Assembly: GCA_049968255.1 (NCBI GenBank)
Contig: JBMFRB010000003.1
Location: forward strand, 199,385-263,384
Origin: Candidatus Sumerlaeaceae bacterium
GTDB taxonomy: Bacteria > Sumerlaeota > Sumerlaeia > Sumerlaeales > Sumerlaeaceae
Length of the DNA stretch: 64,000 nucleotides
Reading direction: 5' to 3'
The translations under genes and the position numbers were made by a program. Position 1 is the stretch's first letter, and each line of letters opens with the position of its first letter. Shown here in pieces: positions 9,172-19,838 of this stretch. Below the pieces are notes generated by a model, which saw only the letters and a program-made list of their open reading frames with translations, ran no database searches and had not been told where the DNA came from.

Positions 9172-11901
9172 ATGAAAGAAAGCGCACGCCAGGCCAGCGT
9201 GGATACTCCACTTCTGCGCCAGTACCAACGCATCAAGGCGCAGCATCCCGATCATATTTTGTTTTTTCGCTGCGGCGATTTCTACGAAATGTTTTACGAC
9301 GATGCGAAGATCGCCGCGCGAGTCTTGGGTATTGCGCTGACGAGCCGAGGCACTGATGCAGAGGGGCTGCCCGTGCCGCTTGCTGGCGTGCCCTATCACG
9401 CCGTCGAGCCCTACCTCGCCAAAATGATCCGTGCGGGCTACAAAGTTGCCATTTGCGAACAGATGGAAAACCCGAAGCACGCCAAAGGGGTTGTACGGCG
9501 CGAGGTCGTGCGGGTTGTCACTCCAGGCACAGTCGTCGAGGAAAACCTCCTCGATAATAAAGCAAATAATTATCTTGTTGCAGTCCTTGCGGACACAAAA
9601 GGATTCGGGCTTGCTGCGCTGGAATTTTCTACGGGGGATTTTAGCATCGCGCAGTTTTTAGGCAAAAATGCCGGTGCGCGTCTTGCCAACGAGCTCGCTC
9701 GGCTCGAGCCGGCCGAGATCGTCCTTTTACGCGAGCAACGCCCGATCCTTGAGGCGCACTTTGGCTGGCGTCGCGAAGACGAGCAACTGCCGATGGATGG
9801 TCCTTCCAAGGACGAATCCTCTGCGCAAACCGAGCGCCCCCACGTTTCTGGCGAAAGGCGCCCCTCCGTGGCCGTCGTCGATGGCGCGCTCAGTTATCCT
9901 TACGCACGCGAGATGCTTTTGCGCCACTTTGGCGTCCGCGATCTCGCCGGCTTTGGGGCGGAAAGGTGCGAACTCGGCGTGCAGGCCGCCGCTGCAGTCC
10001 TGGCCTATCTGCGCCAAACGCACAATGCGCAGCTTGCGCATCTCACTGCACTGCGCGTCTATGAGCCGGGCGAGTACATGACCCTCGACCCAGTGACGCA
10101 GCGTTCACTTGAGTTGGTGGTGAACCTCACCGATGCCACGCGGCGCAATACGCTTCTCGAGGTGTTGGATCATACGGCCACTGCGATGGGCGGCCGACTT
10201 CTCCGATCGTGGATCCTGGAGCCGCTGCGCCTGCGCGAGCGTATCGCGCAGCGCCTCGACGCCGTGCAAGAGCTCGTTGAAACCTATACGCTGCGCCAAC
10301 GTGTGACCGAGGCGCTGGGAGGGATTGCGGATTTGGAGCGCATCCTTGCCCGGGCCGTGTGCAAGACGGCAAATGCTCGCGATTTGTTGGCTCTGCGCCA
10401 ATCACTGGAACAAGTTCCAAAACTACGCAGCTTACTGGCCGAGGTGAAGCAGTCGGCTTTGCTACGCGAGGTGCGTGATGAGCTCGATCCTCTTGAGGAG
10501 TTGGTCGCTCAGCTTCGCGCGATCGTGGATAATCCCCCCGCCACCGTGCGCGAAGGGGGAATTATCGTCGACGGCTTTGATCCTAAGCTCGACGAATTGC
10601 GCGCGATTGCACACGACTCGAAATCTTGGATTGCTGCAATGCGCCAGGCCGAGATTGAGCGCACAGGCATCCCGAATCTCAAAATCGGCTACAACAAGGT
10701 TTTTGGCTATTATATCGAGGTAACGAACTCATATCTTGATCGCGTGCCGCCCACTTATATCCGCAAGCAGACGCTTGTGGGTGGTGAGCGCTTCATCACC
10801 CCTGAGTTGAAAGAAAAAGAAGAAATCATCCTTCATGCGGAAGAGCGAATCCAGGAGCTGGAGTTCGAAATATTCGAGCGTTTGCGCGAGGCCGTGTGTG
10901 GCTGCGCGCGGGCGATTCAGCAGACAGCCGCGGCGTTGGCTACCCTCGACGCCCTGCTCTCACTGGCCCATGCCGCTGTGGCGGGCAATTATTGCCGGCC
11001 GGACATCGTCGAAAACAGCGACCAGGCCGTGCTTCACATTGTGGAAGGTCGACATCCTGTGCTCGAGGCGCTCGATCTTGGCCAACCGTTCGTGCCGAAT
11101 GATGTGCTGCTCGACCACCGCGAAAATCAGATATTGCTCATTACAGGCCCCAACATGGCGGGCAAAAGCACCTACATTCGCCAAGTTGCCCTTATTGCTC
11201 TTCTTGCCCATGTCGGCTCGTTTGTGCCGGCACGTCGCGCAAAGATCCCAATTCTCGATCGCATTTTCACCCGCGTGGGCGCTATGGATCAAATTGCACG
11301 TGGACAAAGCACGTTCCTCGTGGAAATGAGCGAGACCGCCAATATCCTGAACAACGCGACTAATGAATCGCTCGTGATTCTCGATGAGATCGGACGCGGA
11401 ACGTCCACGTACGATGGGCTTTCGATCGCGTGGGCCGTGGTCGAATACCTCCACAACACAAAGGGGCGTCAGCCCCTTACGCTGTTTGCCACGCACTATC
11501 ATGAGCTCACGGAGCTCGAAAATGCCCTTCCACGCGTGAGGAATTACAATGTGGCCGTGCTCGAGGAAGAGGATCGTGTGGCGTTTCTCTACAAGATCGT
11601 GCGTGGGGCGACGGATCGCAGCTACGGCATCTACGCAGCTCAAGTGGCGGGACTACCACGAGCTGCAATTCGGCGGGCCAAAGAAATCCTGCAGGAGCTC
11701 GAAGAGGGCCACGATATTCGCGTCAAAGGTGCACCATCGCACCGCGTCTCAGCCGATGCGATCCAGCTCACATTCTTTGATCTAATCGAGGATCCCATCA
11801 TCCAGCGGCTAAAATCTATAGACGTTAACAAGCTAACACCGCTTGACGCTCTTGCCCTTCTTGCTCAGCTTGCCGAGCAAGCGCGTCGCGGGCGCCAGTG
11901 A
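9172..11901 (+). CDS. mutS: DNA mismatch repair protein MutS
   Basis: 909 aa. N-terminal mismatch-binding region ([11 protein letters not shown]), ABC ATPase Walker A ([15 protein letters not shown]) and Walker B ([16 protein letters not shown]). Confidence 0.92.
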   Translation: MKESARQASVDTPLLRQYQRIKAQHPDHILFFRCGDFYEMFYDDAKIAARVLGIALTSRGTDAEGLPVPLAGVPYHAVEPYLAKMIRAGYKVAICEQMENPKHAKGVVRREVVRVVTPGTVVEENLLDNKANNYLVAVLADTKGFGLAALEFSTGDFSIAQFLGKNAGARLANELARLEPAEIVLLREQRPILEAHFGWRREDEQLPMDGPSKDESSAQTERPHVSGERRPSVAVVDGALSYPYAREMLLRHFGVRDLAGFGAERCELGVQAAAAVLAYLRQTHNAQLAHLTALRVYEPGEYMTLDPVTQRSLELVVNLTDATRRNTLLEVLDHTATAMGGRLLRSWILEPLRLRERIAQRLDAVQELVETYTLRQRVTEALGGIADLERILARAVCKTANARDLLALRQSLEQVPKLRSLLAEVKQSALLREVRDELDPLEELVAQLRAIVDNPPATVREGGIIVDGFDPKLDELRAIAHDSKSWIAAMRQAEIERTGIPNLKIGYNKVFGYYIEVTNSYLDRVPPTYIRKQTLVGGERFITPELKEKEEIILHAEERIQELEFEIFERLREAVCGCARAIQQTAAALATLDALLSLAHAAVAGNYCRPDIVENSDQAVLHIVEGRHPVLEALDLGQPFVPNDVLLDHRENQILLITGPNMAGKSTYIRQVALIALLAHVGSFVPARRAKIPILDRIFTRVGAMDQIARGQSTFLVEMSETANILNNATNESLVILDEIGRGTSTYDGLSIAWAVVEYLHNTKGRQPLTLFATHYHELTELENALPRVRNYNVAVLEEEDRVAFLYKIVRGATDRSYGIYAAQVAGLPRAAIRRAKEILQELEEGHDIRVKGAPSHRVSADAIQLTFFDLIEDPIIQRLKSIDVNKLTPLDALALLAQLAEQARRGRQ

Positions 11902-11907
11902 CCGTGC

Positions 11908-12477
11908 TCAGCCTTCCTGCCCCTGCTGTTCGCGCCCGAGACTTTCGTGCAAATAGCGCAGAACGTTTTCGAAGCGCGCTTCGTTTTCAGAATCAACCTC
12001 ACACAGCTTTTGATGAGTCTCGATCATGTGCACAATTCTATCGAGCTTTGAGACTTCCGGGATTTGTTCTTCCTGGAAACTCGCATCGGCCGGAATAGGA
12101 CCGGGGCCTTTGCCCTTTTGGCCAGGCATCTCGACAAACCGGCTGATGCCGAGTGTGTCGAGCAATTTGCGCGTGTGATCATTGGCATTCACCACCACGA
12201 CCGCCCGATCGCACTCTTTGCGTTGACGCAAAGCGATGCTGGCGAGTGCACCGAGAAACGTCGAATCCATCGTGCTGCATTTGTCGAGGTCGAGGATGAA
12301 AAAGTATTTCCCTTTGCCGTATTTCGTGGCGAGCCTCTCCGCTAGCTTGAGAAAAGCGACACTGTTGACGAAGCTTCCGCGCCCGTGGATTTGAAGCACT
12401 ACGATACCATCGCCTAACTCCGCAAAACGCAGAGAATCAGCAAACTGCTGTTCAGGAGTTGGATTTGTCGTGGACAT
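11908..12477 (-). CDS. STAS-domain protein (anti-sigma-factor-antagonist-like) with C-terminal extension
   Basis: 189 aa. N-terminal STAS-like fold signature (VVLQIHGRGSFVNSVAFLKLAE ... FILDLDKCSTMDSTFLGAL). Begins 6 nt after the mutS stop, on the opposite strand. Confidence 0.55.
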   Translation of the reverse strand: MSTTNPTPEQQFADSLRFAELGDGIVVLQIHGRGSFVNSVAFLKLAERLATKYGKGKYFFILDLDKCSTMDSTFLGALASIALRQRKECDRAVVVVNANDHTRKLLDTLGISRFVEMPGQKGKGPGPIPADASFQEEQIPEVSKLDRIVHMIETHQKLCEVDSENEARFENVLRYLHESLGREQQGQEG

Positions 12478-12480
12478 GAC

Positions 12481-12900
12481 TCACTCTCCCCCTCTTTCTG
12501 CAACGACTTTGACAAAGAACTTTCGCTGACGGGGGCCGTCGAATTCGCAAAAGAACACACCCTGCCACGTACCAAGCACGAGGTGCCCTTTGTGAACGAT
12601 GAGAGTCTGCGATGGGCCGATGAGCGAGCATTGGACATGCGAATCGCTGTTGCCCTCGCTGTGGGCGTAATCGTCCTCATGGGGAACAAGACGCCCAAGC
12701 ACCATGCCGAGGTCCTGCACAACGTCGGGATCGGCGTGTTCGTTGATCGTAATGCCGGCCGTCGTATGCGGGCAATAAACGACACAAATTCCTTCACCCA
12801 CCTGGCTAGCCGCCACGGCTTCACGCACTTGGGCTGTGATGTCCACAAATTGCCGCCGCGATGTTGTTCGAATCGTGTACTCTTTCATCGTTAGCTTCAA
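12481..12900 (-). CDS. YjbQ/UPF0047 family protein (secondary thiamine-phosphate synthase-like)
   Basis: 139 aa. Conserved YjbQ motifs (VVYCPHTTAGITINEHADPDVVQD ... HEDDYAHSEGNSDSHVQ...GTWQGVFFCEFDGPR). Confidence 0.75.
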   Translation of the reverse strand: MKLTMKEYTIRTTSRRQFVDITAQVREAVAASQVGEGICVVYCPHTTAGITINEHADPDVVQDLGMVLGRLVPHEDDYAHSEGNSDSHVQCSLIGPSQTLIVHKGHLVLGTWQGVFFCEFDGPRQRKFFVKVVAERGGE

Positions 12901-13070
12901 CGCACACTGTTAGTATATGGCATGATGAAAAATCATGCGAAAATTGCCAATGGGCAAGCACTAGGCAGCACTTCTTGACCAATTGTCGCCGAAGGCAAGA
13001 ATGCACGAAAAAACGAACTTTTGTGAGATTGTGCAAAAAGAGCGCTGGGCCCCGAGGAGGGATAACGAAC

Positions 13071-14075
13071 ATGACAGAATTGATGCGTGCCATGGTTCTG
13101 CGCAGATGTGGTGAGCCACTGGAGCTTGCTGAGATTCCTCGGCCAACGCCAGGACCGGGGCAGCTCCTGGTTCAGGTGGAGGCGTGCGGGGTGTGTCGCA
13201 CAGATCAGCACATTGCTGACGGTGAGCTTGCGGAACCGCCTCGTTTGCCTCTCGTACTCGGACACGAAGTTGTGGGGCGCATTGTGGAGCTAGCTCCTCA
13301 GGTCGAGGAATTTACCATCGGCCAGCGCGTTGGAATTCCCTGGCTAGGCTCAACGTGCGGACGCTGTTGGTTTTGTGTCCACGAGCAGGAAAATCTGTGC
13401 GACAATTCTGTGTTCACCGGCTACACGCGCGATGGCGGCTATGCGCAATTTGCTGTAGCCGACGCGCGCTATTGTTTCGCTTTGCCCGTGCATCTGGATG
13501 CTGTTCACGCCGCACCTCTGCTCTGCGCGGGGCTTATCGGTTTTCGCTCATATCGTTTTGTTGGCGAACATGCCCAGCGCATCGGTTTCTACGGCTTCGG
13601 CGCCAGCGCCCATATTCTTGCGCAGCTTGCGGTGGCCCAGGGACGCGAAATTTTTGCGTTCGTACGGCCTGGCGACGAGCAGGGACGCCGCTTCGCACTC
13701 GAACTCGGTTGTGTTTGGGCCGGTTTTAGCGACGAGCCGCCGCCATGCGCTCTCGATGGGGCGATCATCTTCGCACCCGTTGGCGCGCTTGTGCCCGCAG
13801 CACTCCGCGCGGTGCGAAAAGGCGGGGTCGTGGTCTGCGGCGGCATCCACATGAGTCCCATCCCTTCTTTCCCCTACAGGGACCTTTGGCACGAACGTGT
13901 GATTCGCTCCGTGGCAAATTTGACGCGCAGCGACGGCCTCGACTTTTTCAAAGCGATCGAGAACGTGGCGATCCATACTCACGTCCGCCCGTATCCGCTA
14001 GAGCAAGCTAACGACGCGCTTGACGCTCTGCGGCACGGCCAACTCACTGGCGCGGCCGTGTTAGTGATGCCGTGA
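13071..14075 (+). CDS. Zinc-dependent alcohol dehydrogenase (MDR family)
   Basis: GVCRTDQH catalytic zinc motif, structural zinc Cys cluster (CGRCWFCVHEQENLC), Rossmann GxGxxG (GFGASAH). ATG at 13071 (MTELMRAMVL) preferred over the ORF-track start 12861. Confidence 0.8.
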   Translation: MTELMRAMVLRRCGEPLELAEIPRPTPGPGQLLVQVEACGVCRTDQHIADGELAEPPRLPLVLGHEVVGRIVELAPQVEEFTIGQRVGIPWLGSTCGRCWFCVHEQENLCDNSVFTGYTRDGGYAQFAVADARYCFALPVHLDAVHAAPLLCAGLIGFRSYRFVGEHAQRIGFYGFGASAHILAQLAVAQGREIFAFVRPGDEQGRRFALELGCVWAGFSDEPPPCALDGAIIFAPVGALVPAALRAVRKGGVVVCGGIHMSPIPSFPYRDLWHERVIRSVANLTRSDGLDFFKAIENVAIHTHVRPYPLEQANDALDALRHGQLTGAAVLVMP

Positions 14076-14229
14076 GGCCGAGCAACATGCAAAAGTGTTC
14101 GAACGGCGCTTTGTGTGCTAAGTGGCTAAGCGAGGGCGCAGCGCCGCGCGCGTTGCTGCAGATGCTTTTCTCCGCTGATTTATACCCAGCGCGGATAAAT
14201 TCCGTGCAGTCGATCCTGCGTCGTGCAGT

Positions 14230-15138
14230 TTACGTCTCGCGCTGAGGGGGAGGGATGCGCCGGCCTCGCGCTGCAGCAAAAAGCCATCGGATTTCTTCAA
14301 GATTGGGACTCGACGGCGTCTCCGTCACCATCGGCAGACCGCGTAACGTGTGATCGCGAAGCAGTCGGCGGAATGCTGCTTCACCGATCATCCCTCTGCC
14401 GATATGTTGATGGCGGTCCACGCGCGTCGCACACGCGACCTTCGAGTCATTGAGATGAAGGGCCACAAGCAGCTCGCGCCCAAGAATGGTATCGAAATCA
14501 TGCCAGAGGCGGCGGTATCCCTCAGCAGTTCGGATGTCGTAGCCGACAGCGAAAACGTGTGCGGTGTCGAGGCACACGCCCAGGCGCGACCGGCACCGTG
14601 CACGTCGGAGCATCTCACGCAATTCACGGAAGTCAGCGCCGAGCGACGTTCCTTGGCCCGCCGTTGTCTCGAGGAGAATGCGGCAGCGTCCGCGGCCAAC
14701 GGCACCGACGATCTCATCAAGCGCTGTAGCAACGCGCTCGATGCCAACCTCAACGCCATCGCCGCCGTGCGCCCCAGGATGCACCACAAGCGCGTCAAGT
14801 CCGAGGACCTCGCAACGCTCCAGCTCGTCAACAAGATCAGCAATCGTCTTTTCGCGTAGCACCGGATCACTGGTAGCCATGTTAACAAGATAAATTGAAT
14901 GAGCAATGACAACCTTGATGGGCGAATCACGTCGTGCCTGCCGAAATAGCTCGGCCTCTTTCGCATCCAGTGGCGGAAAGTCCCAGCGTGTGTTGCCCTT
15001 GACGAAAATTTGGATCGCTGTGCACTCATGAGCAACGCCGCGTTCAATGGCTTTGTGCACGCCACCGGCAATGCTAACATGAGCGCCGATGAGCAGTGGC
15101 GCTCCGGCTTCGGAGCCACGAATGTTATTTGCTGGCAT
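14230..15138 (-). CDS. nfo: Endonuclease IV (AP endonuclease, Nfo)
   Basis: LIGAHVSIAGG near the N-terminus, TIM-barrel metal ligands (HPGAH, ETTAGQG, CLDTAH, HLNDSK). ATG at 15138. The long ORF to 15369 is upstream read-through. Confidence 0.8.
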   Translation of the reverse strand: MPANNIRGSEAGAPLLIGAHVSIAGGVHKAIERGVAHECTAIQIFVKGNTRWDFPPLDAKEAELFRQARRDSPIKVVIAHSIYLVNMATSDPVLREKTIADLVDELERCEVLGLDALVVHPGAHGGDGVEVGIERVATALDEIVGAVGRGRCRILLETTAGQGTSLGADFRELREMLRRARCRSRLGVCLDTAHVFAVGYDIRTAEGYRRLWHDFDTILGRELLVALHLNDSKVACATRVDRHQHIGRGMIGEAAFRRLLRDHTLRGLPMVTETPSSPNLEEIRWLFAAARGRRIPPPQRET

Positions 15139-15850
15139 CCAGGATCTCCCTGGCGCGTTGCCACACCGCATCGAACATTGGCTCCGTGAGGCGCTTGGTC
15201 GAAGTGTTTTGCTGGCTTGGGTGAAACGAGCAGAGCACACGGGGAGCACGAGCCATGTGAAACTCTGCACTGTGTGCGAAAGTGTAATCGTTGATCCGCA
15301 GATGAAACCCGCGCCTGCGCAGATGCTGCAACCACCAGGCAAAAGCCACACGTCCGAGAACGACGACACAGCGAAGCCGTGGCCAAAGGATGCTGACCTC
15401 GCGTTCGAGGAAAGGCGAGCAGTTGGCGATTTCCCCTGGTGTAAGCTTGTTCTGCGGAGGGGCGCAGCGCGCCACTGCGCTCACATAACAATCGCGCAGG
15501 ATAAGTCCGTCGTCACGCGACACGGAGGCCGGCTGATTAGCAAAACCTGCCCGGTAAAGTGCACGAAAGAGCCACTCGCCCGATCGATCACCGGTGAAGA
15601 TGCGTCCCGTGCGATTGCCGCCGTGCGCTGCGGGTGCTAGGCCAATCACGAGCAGACGCGCACAGGGATCTCCAAAACCTGGCACAGGCCTGGCCCAGTA
15701 GCCTTGCCCGCGAAAGCGCCGCGGTGGCTTCGTGGCAACTGCTTCGCGCCACGCGACAAGGCGCTCGCACTGTCGGCAAGAAATGATCTCTTGCGTCAGC
15801 GCCGCCAATGCGGTCGCTTCTGATTTTCCACACTCGCAACGTCTGTCCAT
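15125..15850 (-). CDS. Uracil-DNA glycosylase, family 4 (Fe-S type)
   Basis: C-x2-C...C Fe-S ligand arrangement (CRQCERL, RCAPPQNKLTPGEIANCSPFL) and GLAPAAHGGNRTGRIFTGD motif typical of family-4 UDG. Overlaps nfo start by 14 nt. Confidence 0.75.
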   Translation of the reverse strand: MDRRCECGKSEATALAALTQEIISCRQCERLVAWREAVATKPPRRFRGQGYWARPVPGFGDPCARLLVIGLAPAAHGGNRTGRIFTGDRSGEWLFRALYRAGFANQPASVSRDDGLILRDCYVSAVARCAPPQNKLTPGEIANCSPFLEREVSILWPRLRCVVVLGRVAFAWWLQHLRRRGFHLRINDYTFAHSAEFHMARAPRVLCSFHPSQQNTSTKRLTEPMFDAVWQRAREILDASK

Positions 15851-16036
15851 AGGCTTTGCTTTACTTGCGTGGAACAATTCTCTTTTTACACGCAACAATC
15901 TCTCGTGCGTTTTGTTGCTCCATCCATGCCCGAGCTGCTCGCATGAGACGCGTGTTTGGCGGTATATGCGTGAATCGAGGCCTGCAGCTGACGTCAGAAT
16001 TGGTCCGAGTGGCCTTAGCCTGGTGCAAGGACGACG

Positions 16037-16405
16037 ATGACGCCTACCCCTGATCGTAGAGCGAATTATGAGCTAAAGGAATTCGTGTGTGCGCGCTGCG
16101 GCAATTGTTGCCGCGGTGAGGGAATTGTTCGCGTGAAGCCCGACGAGGCGATGAGCATAGCGGCATTTCTTGGTCTTTCGCTCGACGAGTTTTATGCGCA
16201 TTTCACGCGCGATCCCGAAGATCCCGGCGATGCGCAGCAAGGCATCCGCTGGCTGATCGACAAGCCTGGGCCGCTGCGTGAATGCATTTTTCTCGATGGC
16301 AACCTTTGCCGCGTTCATCCTGTGAAACCAGAGCGGTGCCGCGCGTTTCCGCTCGCGTGGCGGACCCCCGACATCCTCGACTATTGCGTCGGCATGCAGC
16401 AGTAG
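16037..16405 (+). CDS. YkgJ-family (UPF0153) zinc/iron-chelating CxxCxxCC protein
   Basis: 122 aa. CARCGNCCRGEG cysteine cluster near the N-terminus, C-terminal CR...C...C. Confidence 0.65.
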   Translation: MTPTPDRRANYELKEFVCARCGNCCRGEGIVRVKPDEAMSIAAFLGLSLDEFYAHFTRDPEDPGDAQQGIRWLIDKPGPLRECIFLDGNLCRVHPVKPERCRAFPLAWRTPDILDYCVGMQQ

Positions 16406-16518
16406 CAACCCCATGGCCCTGCGCGCCTCTTATCTCAGCGCTTGACAACCGACAGTGCGCGCAGCGTTTGCGGAACAAAGGTTTTGCACGAAGACGTGGA
16501 GAAAGCAGGCGCAGCACG

Positions 16519-16818
16519 ATGAAACACTTTATAGTGGAAGTCATCTATAAGCAGCCGTTCGAGAATTTTGGCGATGCCGTCGCGCAGCACCGAGCCTATC
16601 TCGACAAAGGCTACGCCTGTGGAATGATTCTTTTTTCAGGACCTCTCGTGCCACGCCTGGGCAGCATTTTTGTGGCCCGTGCAGAGAGTGCGCAAGAGCT
16701 GGCAGACTTTTTCGAGAACGATCCCTATCGAACGCGCGGCTTAGCGGATTTCCGCTTTGTTCAGTTTGACCCGACGCGCTACATTCCTGAACTTACCGAG
16801 TGGTTCGAAGAGGGATAG
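16519..16818 (+). CDS. YciI-like protein
   Basis: 99 aa from ATG 16519 (MKHFIVEVIYKQPFENFGDAVAQHRAYLDKG...). YciI-like ferredoxin-like fold signature. The upstream Arg-rich extension of the ORF was rejected. Confidence 0.65.
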   Translation: MKHFIVEVIYKQPFENFGDAVAQHRAYLDKGYACGMILFSGPLVPRLGSIFVARAESAQELADFFENDPYRTRGLADFRFVQFDPTRYIPELTEWFEEG

Positions 16819-16960
16819 AGAGCGAGAGCGCAGCGCAGCAAGCCTTCACGCATGACACCGCGAAAACATCTGCACAATCAGGCTCAGGCAATGTAGAGTT
16901 CAAACAGTAGCGCATCATGCAAGCCAACAAACTCACGCGTTTCGATAGGAGTGTGCAGCG

Positions 16961-17857
16961 ATGAAATCGCGCCTTGTCGTTGCGGCAGCGATTCTGGGCT
17001 TGGCGGTTTCAGGGAGCGCTCATCCGCCTGTCGTTACTTTTTCCAATGACGATGCAGCCCGTGCTATCGCCATTGCCTGCAAGTCCGATACGTATAGTCG
17101 CGCGCCAGTGCACGTGCATCGCAATGTGCCGGGCAACATGGTCTACTGTGTATCGGAGGATCACAAAGAGGGCGTGCTTTATTCCGAATCAAGCATGTGC
17201 CATGAGCTCACCTCCGAGACACTCAACGTCTGGCGCAACGAAGATGGCGATGTGGCCGCGCTTCTAATCCAGCGTACAGAGGGGCGGCTTCTCATGATCG
17301 GCGAGGCCGAACTGCGAGGCAAACGATTCGATGTTGAGCGCACCGGCACATATTTCATCGTCTCGCAAGGCAAGTTCACACAGCTTTCTGCCGCTGTGAA
17401 GCCATACAGGGTGCTGCATGTTTTTGAGAATTTCGACGGCAAGCGAATCTTTGCGCGCAAAGGAGACCTTGTCGTCATAGGCGATAATTTGCTCACAAAT
17501 CAACTCGAGGCGCGGATTGTGCAAATCAAGGACGACCGCATTGGCGAGTTGCCGCCACAGCCGGTTGCGAACATGCCGGCTGGTGTGCGTGTGTTAGATT
17601 TTGCGGAGTCTACAAATGATCTGCTCGTTGGCGGGGTTGATCCGCAGGGGCAAACGCTTTTTGCCGTCGTGAATCTCCAAACAGGCGAATCGTCGGCGAT
17701 CGCTCCGAAAAAAGACGGCGACGATCAGGCAATGTTTCTGAGCGATGGCAACATTCGAGCTAAATTGAGCGGGACATCTGGCGCAGCTGGGTCGAAACGC
17801 AACCCCAAAACAGGCGATGGCAAGGACGGTGCAAAGTTCCCCTTTAGACTTTTCTAG
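16961..17857 (+). CDS. Hypothetical secreted protein
   Basis: 298 aa. N-terminal signal peptide (MKSRLVVAAAILGLAVSGSA). No recognisable domain. Good coding compositional look with no competing frame. Confidence 0.5.
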   Translation: MKSRLVVAAAILGLAVSGSAHPPVVTFSNDDAARAIAIACKSDTYSRAPVHVHRNVPGNMVYCVSEDHKEGVLYSESSMCHELTSETLNVWRNEDGDVAALLIQRTEGRLLMIGEAELRGKRFDVERTGTYFIVSQGKFTQLSAAVKPYRVLHVFENFDGKRIFARKGDLVVIGDNLLTNQLEARIVQIKDDRIGELPPQPVANMPAGVRVLDFAESTNDLLVGGVDPQGQTLFAVVNLQTGESSAIAPKKDGDDQAMFLSDGNIRAKLSGTSGAAGSKRNPKTGDGKDGAKFPFRLF

Positions 17858-18006
17858 GCCGCGGACGGCTTAGTGCGGGGGCAAGAGCTTGGACAGGTGT
17901 GGGCTGCGCGAGATTGCTACTGACGACAAACGAGTTGCGAAAGGAAAAGACTACGGAGATGAACTGCGCATTGCCACCTTTCAGGCAACCGTCTGCAGCG
18001 GGCCAG

Positions 18007-19203
18007 ATGCTTGAAGGAATCGCCTGCCGTCGACTTTTTACCCCAGAGATCATCCTCGACGATGTCCTGATTACCTTTTCCGGCGGCGCAATCGAAATGA
18101 TGGGTGAATTTGCATCGCAATGGATTCCCCCAAACGTTTTTGATGCGCGCGCACACGGCCTCACCGTCGTTCCCGGACTGATTGATGTGCACATCCACGG
18201 TTGCGGCGGTGCGGATTTTCTCGATCTCGACGAAGAGGCCTACCGCTGCATTAGCGAAACAGCGGCGCGCGGCGGCGCCACATCAATCGTGGCCACAACA
18301 ACAATTCCGCGCGACGATACAGAGCTAGAGCGGTTTGGGGAGTTTGTGCGTCTCATCCGGCGCTTTGATCCGCCCGGCGCGAGGTTCCTCGGCATCTTTC
18401 TGGAAGGGCCGTTTATCAATCCAGACAAGCGTGGCGGTTTCGGCCCGAAATACGTGTGGCCTGCAGATCTTCCTCATGCCGAGCGCATTCTCTCGGTCTG
18501 CGAGGACCTTTTGCTAAAAATCACGATCGCGCCTGAAATCGACGGCGGCGAAGCCCTTCTCGAGTTTTTCCACGAAAATCCGCGCACCACCGTTGAGATT
18601 TCCCTGGGACACAGCAGCGCCGACTATGATCTCGCACGCAAATTGTTTCGCTTGGAACGCGTGCGCCAGGTCACGCACGCTTTCAATGCGATGCACCCGT
18701 TCCACCATCGTGCCCCTGGCCTCATCGGGGCGGCCTTACTTGAAGAACGCGTGTGGTGTGAGATGATTCCCGACGGCCACCATCTTTCCGGACCAGCCAT
18801 CGCGTTACTTCACCGCCTGAAAGGGTGGGAGCGGCTGATGATCGTCACGGATGGAACCGGCGCGACAGCCACGACGCCTGGAACTCGCATCCACAGCGTC
18901 GGCGGCTGGACTGAGGTGCGCGACGGAGCCGTGCGCTTGCTTGATGGGACGCTTGCGGGGAGCAACCTCCTGATGGCAGGAGCGGTAAAATCCGCCTGCG
19001 AACTCGGCGGCATCGAGTTCCACGATGCCCTGCGCATGGCCACACTCACGCCCGCGCGCTCGGTGCACTGCGACGATCGCGTGGGAAGTGTTGAGCCGCG
19101 AAAGCGCGCTGACTTTTGTGTGCTCGACGAGCGTGGCGACGTACTCGCCACGATTCGCGACGGCAAGCTCGTTTATCTTGCTAATGAAGCTCGTAAAAAT
19201 TGA
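18007..19203 (+). CDS. nagA: N-acetylglucosamine-6-phosphate deacetylase-like amidohydrolase
   Basis: GLIDVHIHGCGG metal-binding motif about 57 aa from the proposed start. Further amidohydrolase His/Asp positions (HAFNAM, ...HHL). Start ambiguous (17899, 17959 or 18007). Confidence 0.7.
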   Translation: MLEGIACRRLFTPEIILDDVLITFSGGAIEMMGEFASQWIPPNVFDARAHGLTVVPGLIDVHIHGCGGADFLDLDEEAYRCISETAARGGATSIVATTTIPRDDTELERFGEFVRLIRRFDPPGARFLGIFLEGPFINPDKRGGFGPKYVWPADLPHAERILSVCEDLLLKITIAPEIDGGEALLEFFHENPRTTVEISLGHSSADYDLARKLFRLERVRQVTHAFNAMHPFHHRAPGLIGAALLEERVWCEMIPDGHHLSGPAIALLHRLKGWERLMIVTDGTGATATTPGTRIHSVGGWTEVRDGAVRLLDGTLAGSNLLMAGAVKSACELGGIEFHDALRMATLTPARSVHCDDRVGSVEPRKRADFCVLDERGDVLATIRDGKLVYLANEARKN

Positions 19204-19660
19204 CCACAAGAGCCCCCGCCTCGGCTAGCTCAAGGATCGCGATGGTTGGCGGGAACGACAGCGGTGCGCGAAGCGCACCCGGGTTCACCACCAAGACCCG
19301 GCCTACCTTGACCTCGTTGGGAACATGGGTGTGACCGTGCACCACCACATCGGCGCCCTCATTTTTGAAGAAGGCGGCGGCGTGACTCTCAATCTCGTCC
19401 TGCCTGAGTTGGTCGCCATGCAAAAGCCCAATGCATATGCTATTGATTTCAACCGTTCGCGAGCGCGGGAGACTCGCAAGGATTGGGCCGCTGTCGCAGT
19501 TGCCGCGGACGGCGTACACTGGAGCAAGAGATTCTAAACGGTGCAACACCGCTGGGCTGCCTACATCGCCGGCGTGCAGGATGGCAGCAACGCCTTGGAA
19601 TACGTCTGGGATAGCCGGGTGCCACGTCCCATGGGTATCGGAAATCAAGCCGACGCGCAT
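19181..19660 (-). CDS. Metallophosphoesterase (YfcE/MJ0936-like phosphodiesterase)
   Basis: MRVGLISDTHG...HAGDVG...GNCD...VHGHTH motifs. ATG at 19660. The ORF-track extension to 19909 was rejected. Confidence 0.72.
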   Translation of the reverse strand: MRVGLISDTHGTWHPAIPDVFQGVAAILHAGDVGSPAVLHRLESLAPVYAVRGNCDSGPILASLPRSRTVEINSICIGLLHGDQLRQDEIESHAAAFFKNEGADVVVHGHTHVPNEVKVGRVLVVNPGALRAPLSFPPTIAILELAEAGALVVNFYELH

Positions 19661-19838
19661 TTTGTTTTCCCCCTGATAAAAGCGCATTCGCAAGCGAGAG
19701 AGGTCTGTGAGCTGATCCCTACGCTCACATGGGCAACACTTCACATTGTGTAGCCCGAAAAGTGCAAGCGAGTTTTTATTGGGCACCTTGGGTAGGTTGA
19801 GTAAAAACAGGTTTATGGAATTTGGGCGAGGCGAGGGC

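Noticed and set aside
10960-11643. 227-codon ORF antisense to mutS. Similar antisense ORFs occur at 1433-2095 (in secDF), 37474-38178 (in the hyuA-like gene), 39003-39818 (in the GT2-MT gene) and 52223-53017 (in the ABC ATPase gene).
   Set aside because: All lie opposite genes with unambiguous conserved motifs and show no motifs themselves.
12861-13070. 5' extension of the alcohol dehydrogenase ORF (404-aa version). Similar rejected extensions: nfo (to 15369), the YciI-like gene (from 16282), metallophosphoesterase (to 19909), the M23 gene (from 20587), the sirtuin gene (from 50651), fba (from 55293) and the ABC ATPase gene (to 63663).
   Set aside because: Extensions are Arg/Cys/Ser-rich and lack homology-type sequence. 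They overlap neighbouring genes or promoter-like AT-rich DNA. Internal Met starts align with the expected N-termini of the protein families.
14388-15491. 367-codon ORF on the minus strand overlapping nfo and udg in a different frame
   Set aside because: Arg/Ser/Ala-rich, no motifs. Both overlapping frames have strong homology-type signatures (Endo IV, UDG). Typical alternate-frame artefact of high-GC DNA.
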